From: a virus
Length of the DNA: 64,000 nucleotides
IMG/VR virus record: IMGVR_UViG_3300025005_000002
Span: 96,001-160,000 of that record
Direction: 5' to 3' (one strand)
Shown here: piece after piece, positions 25,945 to 36,984 of the stretch
Numbering within the stretch: position 1 is the stretch's first letter
How the letters are laid out: each line of letters begins with the position of its first letter
Program-made: the position numbers and the translations under genes
The notes under the pieces: model-generated
The model's input: only the letters and a program-made list of their open reading frames with translations
What the model was told of the DNA's origin: nothing
Database searches by the model: none

Positions 25945-26427
25945 ATGGGAGTGTCGCTTTATTTAGCTGGTCCTGTTGATTTTAATGAAAGGACTTATTA
26001 TGATATCATAGATGGGCTTATCGTTGACGATGTTCCAGTTATTTTGTTTAGGCCTGGGATGGCGTTTAAGGTTAGAGGAGAAGCAGATCCAAAATATCTA
26101 GTTGATGTTAATATGGAAGCTATGATGCGTTCAGATATTGTGGTATTTTATTTGAATGCTTCAAAAACGTGTGGGATGTGGATGGAGTCTATCTGGGCAT
26201 TAAATAATAAAAAACGTATGATATTTTATGCAGAGCCTGGGGTTCGCTTGTCTTTATATACAAGATGGTTAGTTGGTCAGGTTCATTCTGAATGGATTAC
26301 TGATATTGAGGAATTTGGAAAGGCTTTAAATAAACAAATTTCTCAGGTATATAGAAGTAGATTATTAGGTAATATCTTTGATGTATTACCTTTAGATGAT
26401 ACAGTTACTTTATTGGAGGAGGGATAG
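25945..26427 (+). CDS. nucleoside 2-deoxyribosyltransferase / dNMP N-glycosidase (NDT/Rcl fold)
   Basis: YLAGP strand, RSDIVV, TCGMWMESIWA with the nucleophile Glu position retained. Confidence 0.7.
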   Translation: MGVSLYLAGPVDFNERTYYDIIDGLIVDDVPVILFRPGMAFKVRGEADPKYLVDVNMEAMMRSDIVVFYLNASKTCGMWMESIWALNNKKRMIFYAEPGVRLSLYTRWLVGQVHSEWITDIEEFGKALNKQISQVYRSRLLGNIFDVLPLDDTVTLLEEG

Positions 26428-26428
26428 G

Positions 26429-26893
26429 ATGAGTGATCGTTTATTGGTGAAGGTATTGGAAGATGCACCATTTAAACCACCCGAGTTGAGACCAGCAAAG
26501 CCCGGGGATGTTGGTTTAGATTTAGCTGTGTGTATTAAGGAAGACCAGATGGTTATTTCTGCTGGGCAAATTATAGATATCCCATGTGGGATAGCGGTAA
26601 AATTGCCCTGGGGAACTTGGGCTGGTATCAAGTCGCGTTCGTCTACTTTTGCTAAGAAGAAATTGTTAGTAATTGAGGGGGTAATTGATGAAGATTATAC
26701 TGGAGAGCTTAAAGTATTCATTCTTAACCCAAACAAATATGACGTTGTGATTAAAAGGGGTGAAAGGTTGGCCCAATTAATAGTATACCCAAAAGTCTCA
26801 TTTAATGTGACTTATGTTGATGTATTGCCAAAGACAGAAAGAGGAGATAGTGGCTTTGGGAGTACTGGCGGGTTTGTGGGTGATTTAGTATGA
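26429..26893 (+). CDS. dut: trimeric dUTPase
   Basis: GDVGLDL, RSS, GVIDEDYTGEL, GERLAQL, RGDSGFGSTG. Confidence 0.93.
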   Translation: MSDRLLVKVLEDAPFKPPELRPAKPGDVGLDLAVCIKEDQMVISAGQIIDIPCGIAVKLPWGTWAGIKSRSSTFAKKKLLVIEGVIDEDYTGELKVFILNPNKYDVVIKRGERLAQLIVYPKVSFNVTYVDVLPKTERGDSGFGSTGGFVGDLV

Positions 26894-26947
26894 GTAGGGT
26901 GTCTTCAATAGGATTAGACCGTCTAAATAGATCTAGGGGGATATAGA

Positions 26948-29900
26948 TTGAATACTATCAGTCCAAACGGATTAACAGTACTTAGAAAACGGTATCTTCG
27001 TAAGAAGGGATCAACCCACGAGACACCTGAGGAATTATTTTCACGAGTAGCCAAGGATATAGCAAGTGGTGAAGAACTTCCTAAGAAGAAGAAGGAAGAG
27101 TTAATTGAAGCATATACTAATATGATGGCTAATTTAGAATTCTTGCCAAATACGCCAACATTAGTAAATGCTGGCACTAATAATGGGTGTGCCTATGCAG
27201 CATGTTATCTACTAGATGTTGGTGACTCATTAGATGATATATTTAGCGTTTACCGTAAGGCAGCATTAATACAGAAGGCTGGTGGTGGTGTCGGTATGGA
27301 TTGGTCGAATGTCAGACCACGTGATACCCTCATTAAGTCTACGGGGTATAAGACACGCGGTGTAGTGCAGTTCATTAAGATCTATGCTGATTCCATGTCT
27401 GTGGTAGACCAGGGTGGGATTAGGCCATCTGCGAACATGGGTGTCTTATCTGTTCATCATCCAGATATTCTTGAATTCATTAATATGAAGCATTCTGGTG
27501 CTGCGCAAAATATGAACATTTCAGTAGCTATTACTGATGAGTTTATGAAGGCTAAAGATGAAGGTAAAAAATATAATTTGTATTTTCCTGTGTATGGGAA
27601 CAGGGAAAAGGCGGGCGAGTTAGATGCAAAAGATGTGTGGGATAAAATTGTAGCTATGGCTTGGCGTATTGGTGATCCGGGTATATTGTGGCTTGATCGA
27701 GCAAATAGGGATAACCCAACACCATCCCTTGGGCAACTGCGTGGAACAAACCCGTGTGTGGTTGGTGAAACGTTAATTGCTGTGGCAGATGGACGGAATG
27801 CTGTTAGTATTAAACAGCTTACAGCCGAGGGGAAAGATATTCCAGTATACTCACGTAATTTGAAAACTGGTCAGGTAGAGATTAAGTGGGGTAGAAATCC
27901 ACGTCTAACTGGTGAGAAAAAAGAGGTCTGGAAACTTACATTAGATGATAATTCAACAGTGATAGCAACACCAGACCATAGAATACCATTGAGGGATGGG
28001 GGTGAACGCGTTCTTAAAGACTTATTGCCGGGTGATAGTTTATTACCATTTAATACGTATGTGACGCATAAACGTGGGTGTGACTATAGGCAGATATGTG
28101 AGACGTCTATGCATAAGCCAAAAAATGGTAGATTGCGAGGAAGCAAACGGCAATATCAATTAATATATGATTTTTATAGTGGTGACACAAATTTTGATCC
28201 AACAATGCATGTGTTACATCATGTCTCATGTGATTCTACAGATGACGCATTTGGTAATTTATGTAAAATGACCAACCAAATGCATCAAGAGGTTCACGAC
28301 ATTACGGGTAATAAGAACCCAATGTTAAGGCTTAAGGACCCAGAAGGGTATGCGGAGCAAATGCGACAAACAATGGCAGGACTTAATAATCCCTCGTCGC
28401 GTGTGCGTGGTGCAATGCCGGTTGACGAATGGTATCAGGCAGTTGTAGCAGCCATAAAATTAAGAGTGTATACGCGGGCCCCGGGATATGAGAATGTGTT
28501 TCAATTATGTAAAAAAATGGGGATTCCCACACCAACTAAGTTTAGGTTACGAGCAATTGGGTGCCCAGAAGGAGTGGGGTTTAGAGAGAAGATTAGTAGA
28601 GATACCGGGCTACCAATGATGGTTGTTTATCCAGAGAAGAATGGATGTGCTGGATTAAATAATCCGTCTGCAAAGAAGCATGGTTCGGTTCCGGTTGATG
28701 TGTGGTATGGGAAGGTGAAGGGGCTTGTGCTTCGTAAACAAAGATTACCGACATGGAAAGAACTGCACAGATTTTATAAGGAAACTGGGATGCCTAGTCA
28801 TAAAAGATTCAGGCTTAACAGTTGTGGGGTTGATACGTTGGCCGAGTTGTGGGACCGGATTCGTGCAGAGATACTTGTGGAGCATAATATTGAGATATCA
28901 CGACAGACAAATAAATCTATAGGTACACTTGATAAGGCTGTTGCGTATTGGAATCATAAAGTAAAGTCTGTTGAATTTCATGGGTACGAAGACGTGTATA
29001 ACATTACAGTGGATGACAATCACAATTATTGTATTATAACGTCCTGGACTGATACCAAATTTATGGGGTCTAGTGGTATATGCAAATTTAATTGTGGCGA
29101 GACCTGGTTACTTCCTGGGGAAAGTTGTTGTCTTGGATCAATAAATTTGGTGGCGATGTTAAAGAAAAAGGTAGATGCTGATGGAGTGATTATATATGAG
29201 TGGGACTATGATAAGATTAATAAAACGGTGCCAATGGCAGTTAGATTTTTAGACAGTGTTCTAGATGTTAGTCCGCAACCATTGCAAGAGATTAAAGATG
29301 CGATGATGAAAACAAGGAAGATTGGTCTCGGTGTAATGGGGTTTGCTGATGCCCTGATTAAAATGAAGATACAATATAATTCGATGCAAGGACTTGAACA
29401 AGCTGAGCATATTATGGGGTATATCAATACCAAGGCGATGGATGTTAGTGTTGAATTGGGGAAAGAAAAAGGAGTATTTCCAGCCTGGGAGTTAGATAAA
29501 TTGGGTACTGCTCGTAGAAATGCTATAGTTACTACAATTGCACCCACTGGATCAATCTCCCTTATCGCTGGAGTATCTTCTGGTATTGAACCTGTGTATG
29601 CTATAGCGTATACACGTATGGCGTTTGGTGATAAGAAGCTGAGTGAATTGCATGCGGATTTTGATGAAGAGATGCGTAGGCGTAGTATAAATATACCAGA
29701 TATGTTTGATGTTATTTTTAATGAGCATAATGGCTCAATCCAAAAGATGAATATACCAGATGATATAAAACGTACATTTGTTACTGCCCATGACATTTTG
29801 CCAGAATGGCACGTACGAATGCAAGCTGCATTTCAGAAGCACACTGGTAATTCTATCAGTAAAACAATTAACATGAAGAAGGATTCAACAATTGAAGACA

Positions 29901-30508
29901 TCGATGAAGCCTACAGGCTCTCGTATAAACTTGGATGTAAAGGAGTCACGATATATAGAGATGGATCGAAATCTGCTCAGATTTTATCTTCAGGTGTACA
30001 AAGCCAACCAGTGGGTCAGAATGGTGGATTTGGACCACGGGTTAGAATTGAGGCACCGACTGGACGAACTTATGAAATACCCTTTGGATTCGGGGATGCT
30101 CTTATTACCGTGAATGAAGATGACATTGGTTTGTGTGAGGTTATTGTAAAAGCTGGTAGGTCTGGGTCGCCAATTTCGGCAGAGGCTGAATCACTTGGTA
30201 GATTGGTGTCATTATTGATGAGATGTGGTGTGTCTACCAAATATATCACCAAGCAACTTCGTGGGATTTCTGCTGGTGAAACGGCATTTTATAAAAGTGG
30301 GCGTACTATTACATCATTATCAGATGCAGTTTGTGCAGCGATAGAAAATCATATAGGATATAAAATGCCAAAGGGTAGTACGCCCACAAAATATAAATAT
30401 GAGTCAGTGCTTACATATAAACAAAATTGCCCGGAGTGTGGTAATTTGGTGATTCATCAATCCAAATGTATAGAATGTTCGGCTTGCGGATGGTCAAAAT
30501 GCAAGTAA
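26948..30508 (+). CDS. nrdJ: class II (B12-dependent) ribonucleotide reductase with intein
   Basis: [14 protein letters not shown][intein][35 protein letters not shown]; TSCPD-like domain (TSLSDAV) and terminal CPEC...CSACGWSKC; no beta subunit in window. Confidence 0.9.
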   Translation: MNTISPNGLTVLRKRYLRKKGSTHETPEELFSRVAKDIASGEELPKKKKEELIEAYTNMMANLEFLPNTPTLVNAGTNNGCAYAACYLLDVGDSLDDIFSVYRKAALIQKAGGGVGMDWSNVRPRDTLIKSTGYKTRGVVQFIKIYADSMSVVDQGGIRPSANMGVLSVHHPDILEFINMKHSGAAQNMNISVAITDEFMKAKDEGKKYNLYFPVYGNREKAGELDAKDVWDKIVAMAWRIGDPGILWLDRANRDNPTPSLGQLRGTNPCVVGETLIAVADGRNAVSIKQLTAEGKDIPVYSRNLKTGQVEIKWGRNPRLTGEKKEVWKLTLDDNSTVIATPDHRIPLRDGGERVLKDLLPGDSLLPFNTYVTHKRGCDYRQICETSMHKPKNGRLRGSKRQYQLIYDFYSGDTNFDPTMHVLHHVSCDSTDDAFGNLCKMTNQMHQEVHDITGNKNPMLRLKDPEGYAEQMRQTMAGLNNPSSRVRGAMPVDEWYQAVVAAIKLRVYTRAPGYENVFQLCKKMGIPTPTKFRLRAIGCPEGVGFREKISRDTGLPMMVVYPEKNGCAGLNNPSAKKHGSVPVDVWYGKVKGLVLRKQRLPTWKELHRFYKETGMPSHKRFRLNSCGVDTLAELWDRIRAEILVEHNIEISRQTNKSIGTLDKAVAYWNHKVKSVEFHGYEDVYNITVDDNHNYCIITSWTDTKFMGSSGICKFNCGETWLLPGESCCLGSINLVAMLKKKVDADGVIIYEWDYDKINKTVPMAVRFLDSVLDVSPQPLQEIKDAMMKTRKIGLGVMGFADALIKMKIQYNSMQGLEQAEHIMGYINTKAMDVSVELGKEKGVFPAWELDKLGTARRNAIVTTIAPTGSISLIAGVSSGIEPVYAIAYTRMAFGDKKLSELHADFDEEMRRRSINIPDMFDVIFNEHNGSIQKMNIPDDIKRTFVTAHDILPEWHVRMQAAFQKHTGNSISKTINMKKDSTIEDIDEAYRLSYKLGCKGVTIYRDGSKSAQILSSGVQSQPVGQNGGFGPRVRIEAPTGRTYEIPFGFGDALITVNEDDIGLCEVIVKAGRSGSPISAEAESLGRLVSLLMRCGVSTKYITKQLRGISAGETAFYKSGRTITSLSDAVCAAIENHIGYKMPKGSTPTKYKYESVLTYKQNCPECGNLVIHQSKCIECSACGWSKCK
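27755..29092 (+). mobile_element. 446-aa intein in the RNR active-site NPCGE motif, HNH-type endonuclease core
   Basis: Begins CVVGETLI, block [15 protein letters not shown], ends ICKFN before +1 Cys; internal HVLHH...DDAFGNLC...HQEVH. Confidence 0.9.
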
Positions 30509-30672
30509 ATGATGAGAAAGAAATTGGTAGAGAATTAACCGCTGAGGAAAAGGGAGACATTTTGAAGAAATTTCCTCATTGCTCTCTATGTGGATTCCCT
30601 GAGAGGGATGGTCATAAGAATATGTGTCCTAATACTGAGCCCAAACAACGCTTACTGATGGAAGCCCTGTGA
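30499..30672 (+). CDS. small hypothetical protein with CxxC-H-C motif
   Basis: CSLCGFPERDGHKNMC; start moved to ATG 30499. Confidence 0.55.
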   Translation: MQVNDEKEIGRELTAEEKGDILKKFPHCSLCGFPERDGHKNMCPNTEPKQRLLMEAL

Positions 30673-30947
30673 CTCCAGATCATCGGGAGATAAACCCAGA
30701 AACAGGACAGCAAAAGGGATATGTTGTGCTATCAGAAGAAGAACGAAAGAAAGGGTTTATTAGGCCAGTACGACAAGTTTATTTACATCTTACATGTAAG
30801 ACAACAACAAGGATGGGGATTGCTCTAGCAGAAACGTATGCACGAGATCCAAAATTTTATGGTGGGACATTTTGTGTAACATGTAAAAATCATTTCCCAC
30901 TTGATCAATTTTTGTGGGAAGGGACTAACGAGATAGTGGGGTCCTAA
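30669..30947 (+). CDS. hypothetical phage protein, metal-binding motif
   Basis: HLTC...YGGTFCVTCKNHFP. Confidence 0.7.
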   Translation: MTPDHREINPETGQQKGYVVLSEEERKKGFIRPVRQVYLHLTCKTTTRMGIALAETYARDPKFYGGTFCVTCKNHFPLDQFLWEGTNEIVGS

Positions 30948-31331
30948 ATGCAAGTAAAATTTGAAGATAGTGAATTACGTGAGTATGTAAAACAGCACAT
31001 TGGTGCCGCCACTAAGTCTGTAGTACGTGCAGAAGTTGCCGCACTTATTCATGAAGAGATGGAGAAAAAATTGAGAGAGATAACTCCACATTCTATACAG
31101 GTAGCAATAAGTGGTATCCTTAATGAAAGGATTAAAAAGACTGTTGATGATGCATTTAAGGTTTTAAATGATAGTGGTGTTGATTCAACATATCCGAATT
31201 GGCATCCTCCACTGTTGTTTATTCAAAAAATGACACTTGGGATTAGAGAAGAATTAAAAGAGAAATTGTGGAAATATATATCATCTAAAATAGGGGTTGA
31301 ATTAAATACCTCTCTTAAGGAGCGCAAATGA
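30948..31331 (+). CDS. hypothetical protein
   Basis: Coupled ORF. Confidence 0.65.
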   Translation: MQVKFEDSELREYVKQHIGAATKSVVRAEVAALIHEEMEKKLREITPHSIQVAISGILNERIKKTVDDAFKVLNDSGVDSTYPNWHPPLLFIQKMTLGIREELKEKLWKYISSKIGVELNTSLKERK

Positions 31332-31549
31332 AGAATAAAAATGTATGGGATATTAAATCAATCGAGGACATTGAAATTCCAGAGATTTTTATGGAAAACG
31401 CTAAGATGGGTATTGCAAGGATTCAGTTTGAGTCCTTAAAGGTTAAGGAATTGCAGAAGTTGAATGAGAAACTTGATAGGTTAATTGCTGTTATGACACC
31501 GTCAAATGTTAAGGTTGCAAAAGGTTCTGCGAAGGGAGATGGACAGTGA
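31328..31549 (+). CDS. hypothetical protein
   Basis: Coupled ORF. Confidence 0.6.
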   Translation: MKNKNVWDIKSIEDIEIPEIFMENAKMGIARIQFESLKVKELQKLNEKLDRLIAVMTPSNVKVAKGSAKGDGQ

Positions 31550-32019
31550 GTGTTAGCACACCAATTAAAGATGTTATAGTTAGGCCCCTTATTGTGCACC
31601 ATGATGATCGTGGGTATTTAATGGAGATACTTAGAGATGATAGCCCAACATTTACCAAATTTGGGCAAGTGTATTTAGTTGGTGATGTCGCTAGGGGTAC
31701 TGTACGGGCTTTTCATAGACATAGTGAACTCGTTGATTGGTTCTTTATCTCTCATGGTGCTGCGAAATTCGTATTGGTAGATGGTCGAGAAGATTCTCCG
31801 ACATATCGCAATTATCAGGTCATTGTTACTGGAGATCGTAAACCAGCATGTATCACAGTCCCTCCTGGTGTGTGGCATGGATGGATGGCACTTACTGATG
31901 ATACACAGTTAATTAGTGTAGCTAGTAATTCGCATGATCCTTCTAAATTAGATGAGGAGAGAATCGCCCCAGATTACTTTAATTATATAAAGCGATTTTG
32001 GGACGTTGAATTTAAATGA
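31546..32019 (+). CDS. rmlC: dTDP-4-dehydrorhamnose 3,5-epimerase-like cupin
   Basis: HHDDRGYLME, RAFHRH, VLVDGREDSPTY, VPPGVWHG. Confidence 0.85.
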   Translation: MSVSTPIKDVIVRPLIVHHDDRGYLMEILRDDSPTFTKFGQVYLVGDVARGTVRAFHRHSELVDWFFISHGAAKFVLVDGREDSPTYRNYQVIVTGDRKPACITVPPGVWHGWMALTDDTQLISVASNSHDPSKLDEERIAPDYFNYIKRFWDVEFK

Positions 32020-32612
32020 AAAATCATATGATGTATAATTGTTTTCTTGAGTACTTACAAAAGATTAAAGATTTGGGTGGTGATATTATTGAAGTAGGGG
32101 TACATAGAGGCAATTCATTAAAGGTGTTAGGGGCGATTACAAGAGATTTAAACATTAATAAAATTATTTATGGTGTAGATACCTTTTGTGGTATGCCGGA
32201 TCGTGTTATAGATGGATTAGATAACGGATATAATGAAAACGGCGAAATTACTCCTGGGGAAGGTGGGCATTATCCGGGTGATTTTAAAGATACATCACTT
32301 TTACAAGTGTCTAGGGCGGTTCCATGGGGGAATATCAAATTAATTCCAGGTGTATTTCCTGTGTGTGCTGATCAAATTAAGAGTGATAAATTCTGTTTTG
32401 CCCATGTTGATGTTGATATCTACAATTCATATAAAGATTCATATCAATATCTTTGGCCAAGAATCGTATCGGGTGGTGTTATAATTTGTGGTGATGATTA
32501 CTTGTGTCCATGGTTAAAGGGTGCCAAAAAAGCGATTGATGAAGTAACTGCTGAATTTGGTGTTGTTCCTATCATTACACCAAAGGGACAACACGTTATA
32601 GTGAAACCATGA
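32016..32612 (+). CDS. TylF/MycF/NovP-family sugar O-methyltransferase
   Basis: IIEVGVHRGNS, DTFCGMP, AHVDVDIYNSY, GGVIICGDDY. Confidence 0.85.
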   Translation: MKNHMMYNCFLEYLQKIKDLGGDIIEVGVHRGNSLKVLGAITRDLNINKIIYGVDTFCGMPDRVIDGLDNGYNENGEITPGEGGHYPGDFKDTSLLQVSRAVPWGNIKLIPGVFPVCADQIKSDKFCFAHVDVDIYNSYKDSYQYLWPRIVSGGVIICGDDYLCPWLKGAKKAIDEVTAEFGVVPIITPKGQHVIVKP

Positions 32613-33202
32613 AAAAGATACAATTTGGATCTGGTGGTAAGGATTGTTTTATTGATGGATGGGAAAATTATGATATAGATATAGATATTAGGAAGCCATT
32701 ACCATTTGAAAATAATAGTGTGGATTTTGTGATGGCTGAGCATCTAATTGAACATGTTACGCAGCATGACGCCTATTTATTTTTTTTGGAGTGCAGACGG
32801 ATTTTGAAATCTGGTGGTACGGCCAGGATTATAGTGCCAGATATCAAAAGAATTTATGAGAATTGTAATGAAGAATACCGTGGGTTTGTTAGGCGGTGGT
32901 GGCCCGGTGAAAAACAATGGTATAATTCGAGGTATTGGGAATATAAAGAGAAAAATTGTAAAAAAGATAATCTTACTAATAGTGTTATAGCTGAACAAAT
33001 GATATTTAATTTTGCCCATGTGTCATTTTGGACTGCTGATTTATTGGTTACTGCTTTAAATATTGTGGGATTTAAAACTATAATTGAAGGATATGGGAAG
33101 TCGAGTATCCCAGAATTAATCGGAGTTGATCGACATGGTATTGCAATTGGAATGGCCGCTACTATTATGGAGTCTATTGTAGTTGAGGCGACAAAGTCAT
33201 GA
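32609..33202 (+). CDS. class I SAM-dependent methyltransferase (type 11-like)
   Basis: IQFGSGG, PLPFENNSVDFVMAEHLIEH, RILKSGG...IVPD. Confidence 0.8.
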   Translation: MKKIQFGSGGKDCFIDGWENYDIDIDIRKPLPFENNSVDFVMAEHLIEHVTQHDAYLFFLECRRILKSGGTARIIVPDIKRIYENCNEEYRGFVRRWWPGEKQWYNSRYWEYKEKNCKKDNLTNSVIAEQMIFNFAHVSFWTADLLVTALNIVGFKTIIEGYGKSSIPELIGVDRHGIAIGMAATIMESIVVEATKS

Positions 33203-33954
33203 TTTATAGTTCTATAATGTTCTTTAATGAACTTGATTTGCTTGATTTAAAGATTGCAGAAGAATCTCCATATGTAGACAAGATTTACATTACGGAGTCA
33301 CCATTAACATTTACTGGCAATCAAAAACTACTTAATTTCCCGGTGGAAAAATATAAAGACAATGATAAAATAGTGTATTTAGTCACTCCAAAAGAGATAT
33401 ACAAAGATTGTAAGGTCGCATGGGATAGGGAATTTTTGCAGAGAAATTATGCACAGGCTATAATACCATTTAATGATGATGATGTCTGTTTTGTTACTGA
33501 TGCAGATGAAATAATTTGTGGGGATATGTTTCCCACTATACTTCATGGATTAAAAACATATCAATTTGTTGCGATGCATATGAAGTTTTGTATGTTTTAT
33601 ATTAATGTTGAAGTTGTAGGGCAGATTTGGGAGCCACCATTTGCTGCAAGGGGAAGGATGTGTAAGCAATATGCATTTCAAACTATGAGGAATAGAAAAG
33701 TAGGCACAAATAAAGTAATAGATAATTGTGGTAAGCATTTATCTTATTTAGGTGGTGAAGAAGCAATTAGGTTTAAATTAAGAAGTTATTCACATACAGA
33801 ATGTGCTGTCCCAGAACGCGTAGCGTCCATTATTAATGATTTTAATATGGTAGGATATAATAATAATAGATTAAAAATAATAGAGGTAAATAGGTTTTAT
33901 CCAAGGATCATATTAGATAATTTAGATAGGTGGGAAAAATATATAAAGAGGTGA
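33199..33954 (+). CDS. GT17-like glycosyltransferase (GT-A)
   Basis: FFNELDLL...ITES..TFTG, EFLQRN, VTDADEI (DxD), HLSYLGG. Confidence 0.8.
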   Translation: MIYSSIMFFNELDLLDLKIAEESPYVDKIYITESPLTFTGNQKLLNFPVEKYKDNDKIVYLVTPKEIYKDCKVAWDREFLQRNYAQAIIPFNDDDVCFVTDADEIICGDMFPTILHGLKTYQFVAMHMKFCMFYINVEVVGQIWEPPFAARGRMCKQYAFQTMRNRKVGTNKVIDNCGKHLSYLGGEEAIRFKLRSYSHTECAVPERVASIINDFNMVGYNNNRLKIIEVNRFYPRIILDNLDRWEKYIKR

Positions 33955-33957
33955 TTT

Positions 33958-34224
33958 ATGTTTAGTCATATTAAGGGATTGTGTAGGGTGTTTGGTGGTG
34001 TTGGTGAAGAAAGAGCGGAGAAAAGTAAGGTAGTAAATCACATAGTATTTGTAAAAAAAGGATCGGGGATTGATATGGTAAAACTCAAATCTATGGGGTT
34101 TCATGTTGTTGAAGGAGATTCAATAGAAGAGGGACGTGATTTCAAATTTATTGAAAGTGTACAAGTTACAACTACCTTCTATTCAAGAGAAGTAGAAGAG
34201 GAAGAAAAAGAAGGAGAAAGATAG
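33958..34224 (+). CDS. hypothetical protein
   Basis: AGAGGTG RBS. Confidence 0.6.
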   Translation: MFSHIKGLCRVFGGVGEERAEKSKVVNHIVFVKKGSGIDMVKLKSMGFHVVEGDSIEEGRDFKFIESVQVTTTFYSREVEEEEKEGER

Positions 34225-35258
34225 TGGTACTCGTCCTTGGTGGGGCAGGCTATGTTGGGTCAGTGCTTGTTGAGGCGTTGTTGGATCAGGGGTATTCGGT
34301 TAGAGTTTATGATAGGGAATATTATAATATAGATAATTCTAAATTTTCTAAGAAGGCAGATTATTGTTGGGGTGATGTAAGGGACATACGCCCAGAAATT
34401 TTTAATGGTATTGATGCAGTGATTAATCTTAGTGGCCTAAGTAATGATCCAACTGCAGAATATAATCCCGAAGCAAATAAGGAGATGAACACAGGGGCAA
34501 CCATTAGTTCAGCAAAACAAGCTATAGACCTTGGGATAATGAGGTATGTTTTTGCCTCTAGTTGTTCAGTATACTATAGAGATATTAGCGGTACTGATAT
34601 AGATGATGTTATATTGAATGAAAATGATAAAATTAGTCCAAAGGCTGCTTATTCTAAATCAAAATATGAGGCTGAACAAGGATTGTTACGTTTAGCCGGT
34701 GAATATAAAGGATTTTGTCCAGTTATTCTGAGAAAAGGGACTATATTTGGGTGGTCCCCAAGGATGCGCTATGATCTCGTTGTTAATACATTTGTCAAAG
34801 ACGCACTTAAAACTGGGAAGATTACTATTCATAACGGTGGTGAGATGTGGCGTCCTATGCTTGAAATTAATGATGCTACTAGGGCTTATATTGCATGTCT
34901 CCAGGCGAAGGCTCCGAAGGTTAGAGGTCAGATCTTTAATGTTGCGTACAAAAATTTTAGGGTATCTGAGATTGCGTTAAGGACCGTAGAGGCATTGAAG
35001 AAACTTGGGATTAATGTTGAGATCGAAATTCAAAATTCGCTTGGTAGTGTAAGATCATACAGAGTATCGCTAGAGAAGGCTCGTAATGTCCTTGGCATAA
35101 CACCATCAGTTACAATTGGTGAGTCGGTGGCCAATATGGTAAATAATATTAAGGCTGAAAAATACACAGATTTTGACAATCCTATATATTACAATATCCG
35201 TTGGCTCAAAACTCTCGAACATGCTAGTCGTATACTTATAAATGGGGAGGTATTTTAA
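34224..35258 (+). CDS. NAD-dependent sugar epimerase/dehydratase (extended SDR)
   Basis: GGAGYVG, NLSGLSND, ASSCSVY, YSKSK, WRPMLEIND. Confidence 0.9.
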   Translation: MVLVLGGAGYVGSVLVEALLDQGYSVRVYDREYYNIDNSKFSKKADYCWGDVRDIRPEIFNGIDAVINLSGLSNDPTAEYNPEANKEMNTGATISSAKQAIDLGIMRYVFASSCSVYYRDISGTDIDDVILNENDKISPKAAYSKSKYEAEQGLLRLAGEYKGFCPVILRKGTIFGWSPRMRYDLVVNTFVKDALKTGKITIHNGGEMWRPMLEINDATRAYIACLQAKAPKVRGQIFNVAYKNFRVSEIALRTVEALKKLGINVEIEIQNSLGSVRSYRVSLEKARNVLGITPSVTIGESVANMVNNIKAEKYTDFDNPIYYNIRWLKTLEHASRILINGEVF

Positions 35259-35561
35259 ATGATGATAATGAGTCATTGGGACTATCGTGTAGTTAGGAAA
35301 AATGTTTATATGGGTAAAACAATCAGTCCAGAAGTTCAGTATGCAATATATGAAACGTATTATAATGATGAAGGCGAGCCTATTATGATTACTACTGATT
35401 ATATGTCACCATATGGTGAGACACCAGAGGAATTGAAGAGTGATTTGGAGAAAATGGTAGCAGCGCTAGATAAACCGGTGTTGAATTGGGGAGATTTTAA
35501 AAATAAAGAGATTGAGGTACCTACAAATGACAAAGTCATTGGCGGTGGTGATAGGCAGTAA
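35259..35561 (+). CDS. hypothetical phage protein
   Basis: WDYRVV...PYGETPEELKSDLEKM pattern common in phage small proteins. Confidence 0.6.
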   Translation: MMIMSHWDYRVVRKNVYMGKTISPEVQYAIYETYYNDEGEPIMITTDYMSPYGETPEELKSDLEKMVAALDKPVLNWGDFKNKEIEVPTNDKVIGGGDRQ

Positions 35562-36402
35562 CGGACAATTTGGGTCAGATATTGTTAAGGTTTTAAATGG
35601 GAAATTTACGGTTAAGGCATTAACTCATAAAGATATTGATATTACCAAAAAGGCGTGTTATGATAGTATCGTTGCGCTTGAGCCTCAATATGTAATCAAT
35701 ACTGCGGCATTTCATAATTTAAAGGCATGTGAAGAAGAACCAGATAAAGCATTTTTAGTGAATGCCTGGGGTGCGTTAAATTTAGCTAGGGCTTGTAATG
35801 ATATAGGGGCCACACTGATTCATACCAGTACGGACCATGTGTTTGATGGTGAAACTGATCAGCCATATTTTGAGGATAGTAAGACTTGTCCGGTTAGTTC
35901 ATATGGTAGGTCCAAGTTATTGGGTGAACAATTGGTAACTGCTTATATAAATAAGCATTATATATTGAGGGTGTCAACTTTATATGGATATGTACCACCA
36001 AGTGGTAAACCATGGAATTTTATTGATATGGTTGTTGGGAAAGCGATTAAGAAAGAGAAGATGACCATTGTTAATATGCTTTATTCTTCACCAACGTTCA
36101 CAGCCAATGCAGCTAATAAATTACTTGCCATATTAACCAGAAAATTACCATATGGTGTATACCATTGTTCTGATGGTGGGGTTACATCTTTTTATGATTT
36201 GGCAGTTTTTATATGTAAATATTTAAATTTGGAGGTAGATATAGTCCCACTCACAGAACCACTAGATAGTGTGCCACGACCAAAATATTGTATTATGGGT
36301 GGTGCAAAATTGGATGGTTTTGGTATACCATCTAGGCCATGGCAGGCATGTATAGCGGTTTATTTAAATAATAAGTATCCGGAGTATGCTCCTAAACGAT
36401 AA
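35527..36402 (+). CDS. rmlD: dTDP-4-dehydrorhamnose reductase-like SDR
   Basis: GSNGQFG, INTAAF, STDHVFDG, YGRSKLLGE, SPT. Confidence 0.88.
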   Translation: MTKSLAVVIGSNGQFGSDIVKVLNGKFTVKALTHKDIDITKKACYDSIVALEPQYVINTAAFHNLKACEEEPDKAFLVNAWGALNLARACNDIGATLIHTSTDHVFDGETDQPYFEDSKTCPVSSYGRSKLLGEQLVTAYINKHYILRVSTLYGYVPPSGKPWNFIDMVVGKAIKKEKMTIVNMLYSSPTFTANAANKLLAILTRKLPYGVYHCSDGGVTSFYDLAVFICKYLNLEVDIVPLTEPLDSVPRPKYCIMGGAKLDGFGIPSRPWQACIAVYLNNKYPEYAPKR

Positions 36403-36429
36403 AAAAGCAAATATTTTATCGGGGAGCTA

Positions 36430-36984
36430 ATGTCGCCAGCTAAAATTAAGCAAAAATGTGTTGAATGTGGTGTTGTATTTGAAAGATCTAAGTTTAATCC
36501 ATATTTGGATCGATGTGAAAAACACAGGATATCAAATAAAAAAGTAAGGGTACAAGTTGAAGGACCAGTTAAGAAACTGGCAAAGAAGACGAAAAAAGAG
36601 GAACCTCAACAAATAATATTGCCAGTTCCATCATTAACTAATTTTAAACCAATTGTTGTTACCATAGAAAAGGAGAAGATTTATTTACATCTTTTATCTC
36701 GTGGATGGCAATTATCAACCAGTAATAAATTATTTAAGAAGACAGACAAAGTAAACGTCGTAGCTACTCTTGGGTCAGATGGATCACAATCACAAAAGTT
36801 TACTGCTAGTTTTTGGGGTGGCGATAAATTTAGTGGGTTTGATGGTAGTTTGTCTATAGTGGAGAGGGCACAGTTGAAAAAGTTACCATCAGAAATAACT
36901 AATGATTTAGAAGATATTATAAATTTAATTTGGCCGATTGGAGAGAATGATGAGAAAGAGTGCGGAGAAAAGAAAAGAATATAA
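36430..36984 (+). CDS. hypothetical protein with N-terminal zinc ribbon
   Basis: CVECG...RCEKH. Confidence 0.6.
   Translation: MSPAKIKQKCVECGVVFERSKFNPYLDRCEKHRISNKKVRVQVEGPVKKLAKKTKKEEPQQIILPVPSLTNFKPIVVTIEKEKIYLHLLSRGWQLSTSNKLFKKTDKVNVVATLGSDGSQSQKFTASFWGGDKFSGFDGSLSIVERAQLKKLPSEITNDLEDIINLIWPIGENDEKECGEKKRI

Noticed and set aside
26948-30508. Class Ia RNR alpha subunit
   Set aside because: No beta subunit nearby, and the C-terminal TSCPD-like and Cys-rich tail fit class II.
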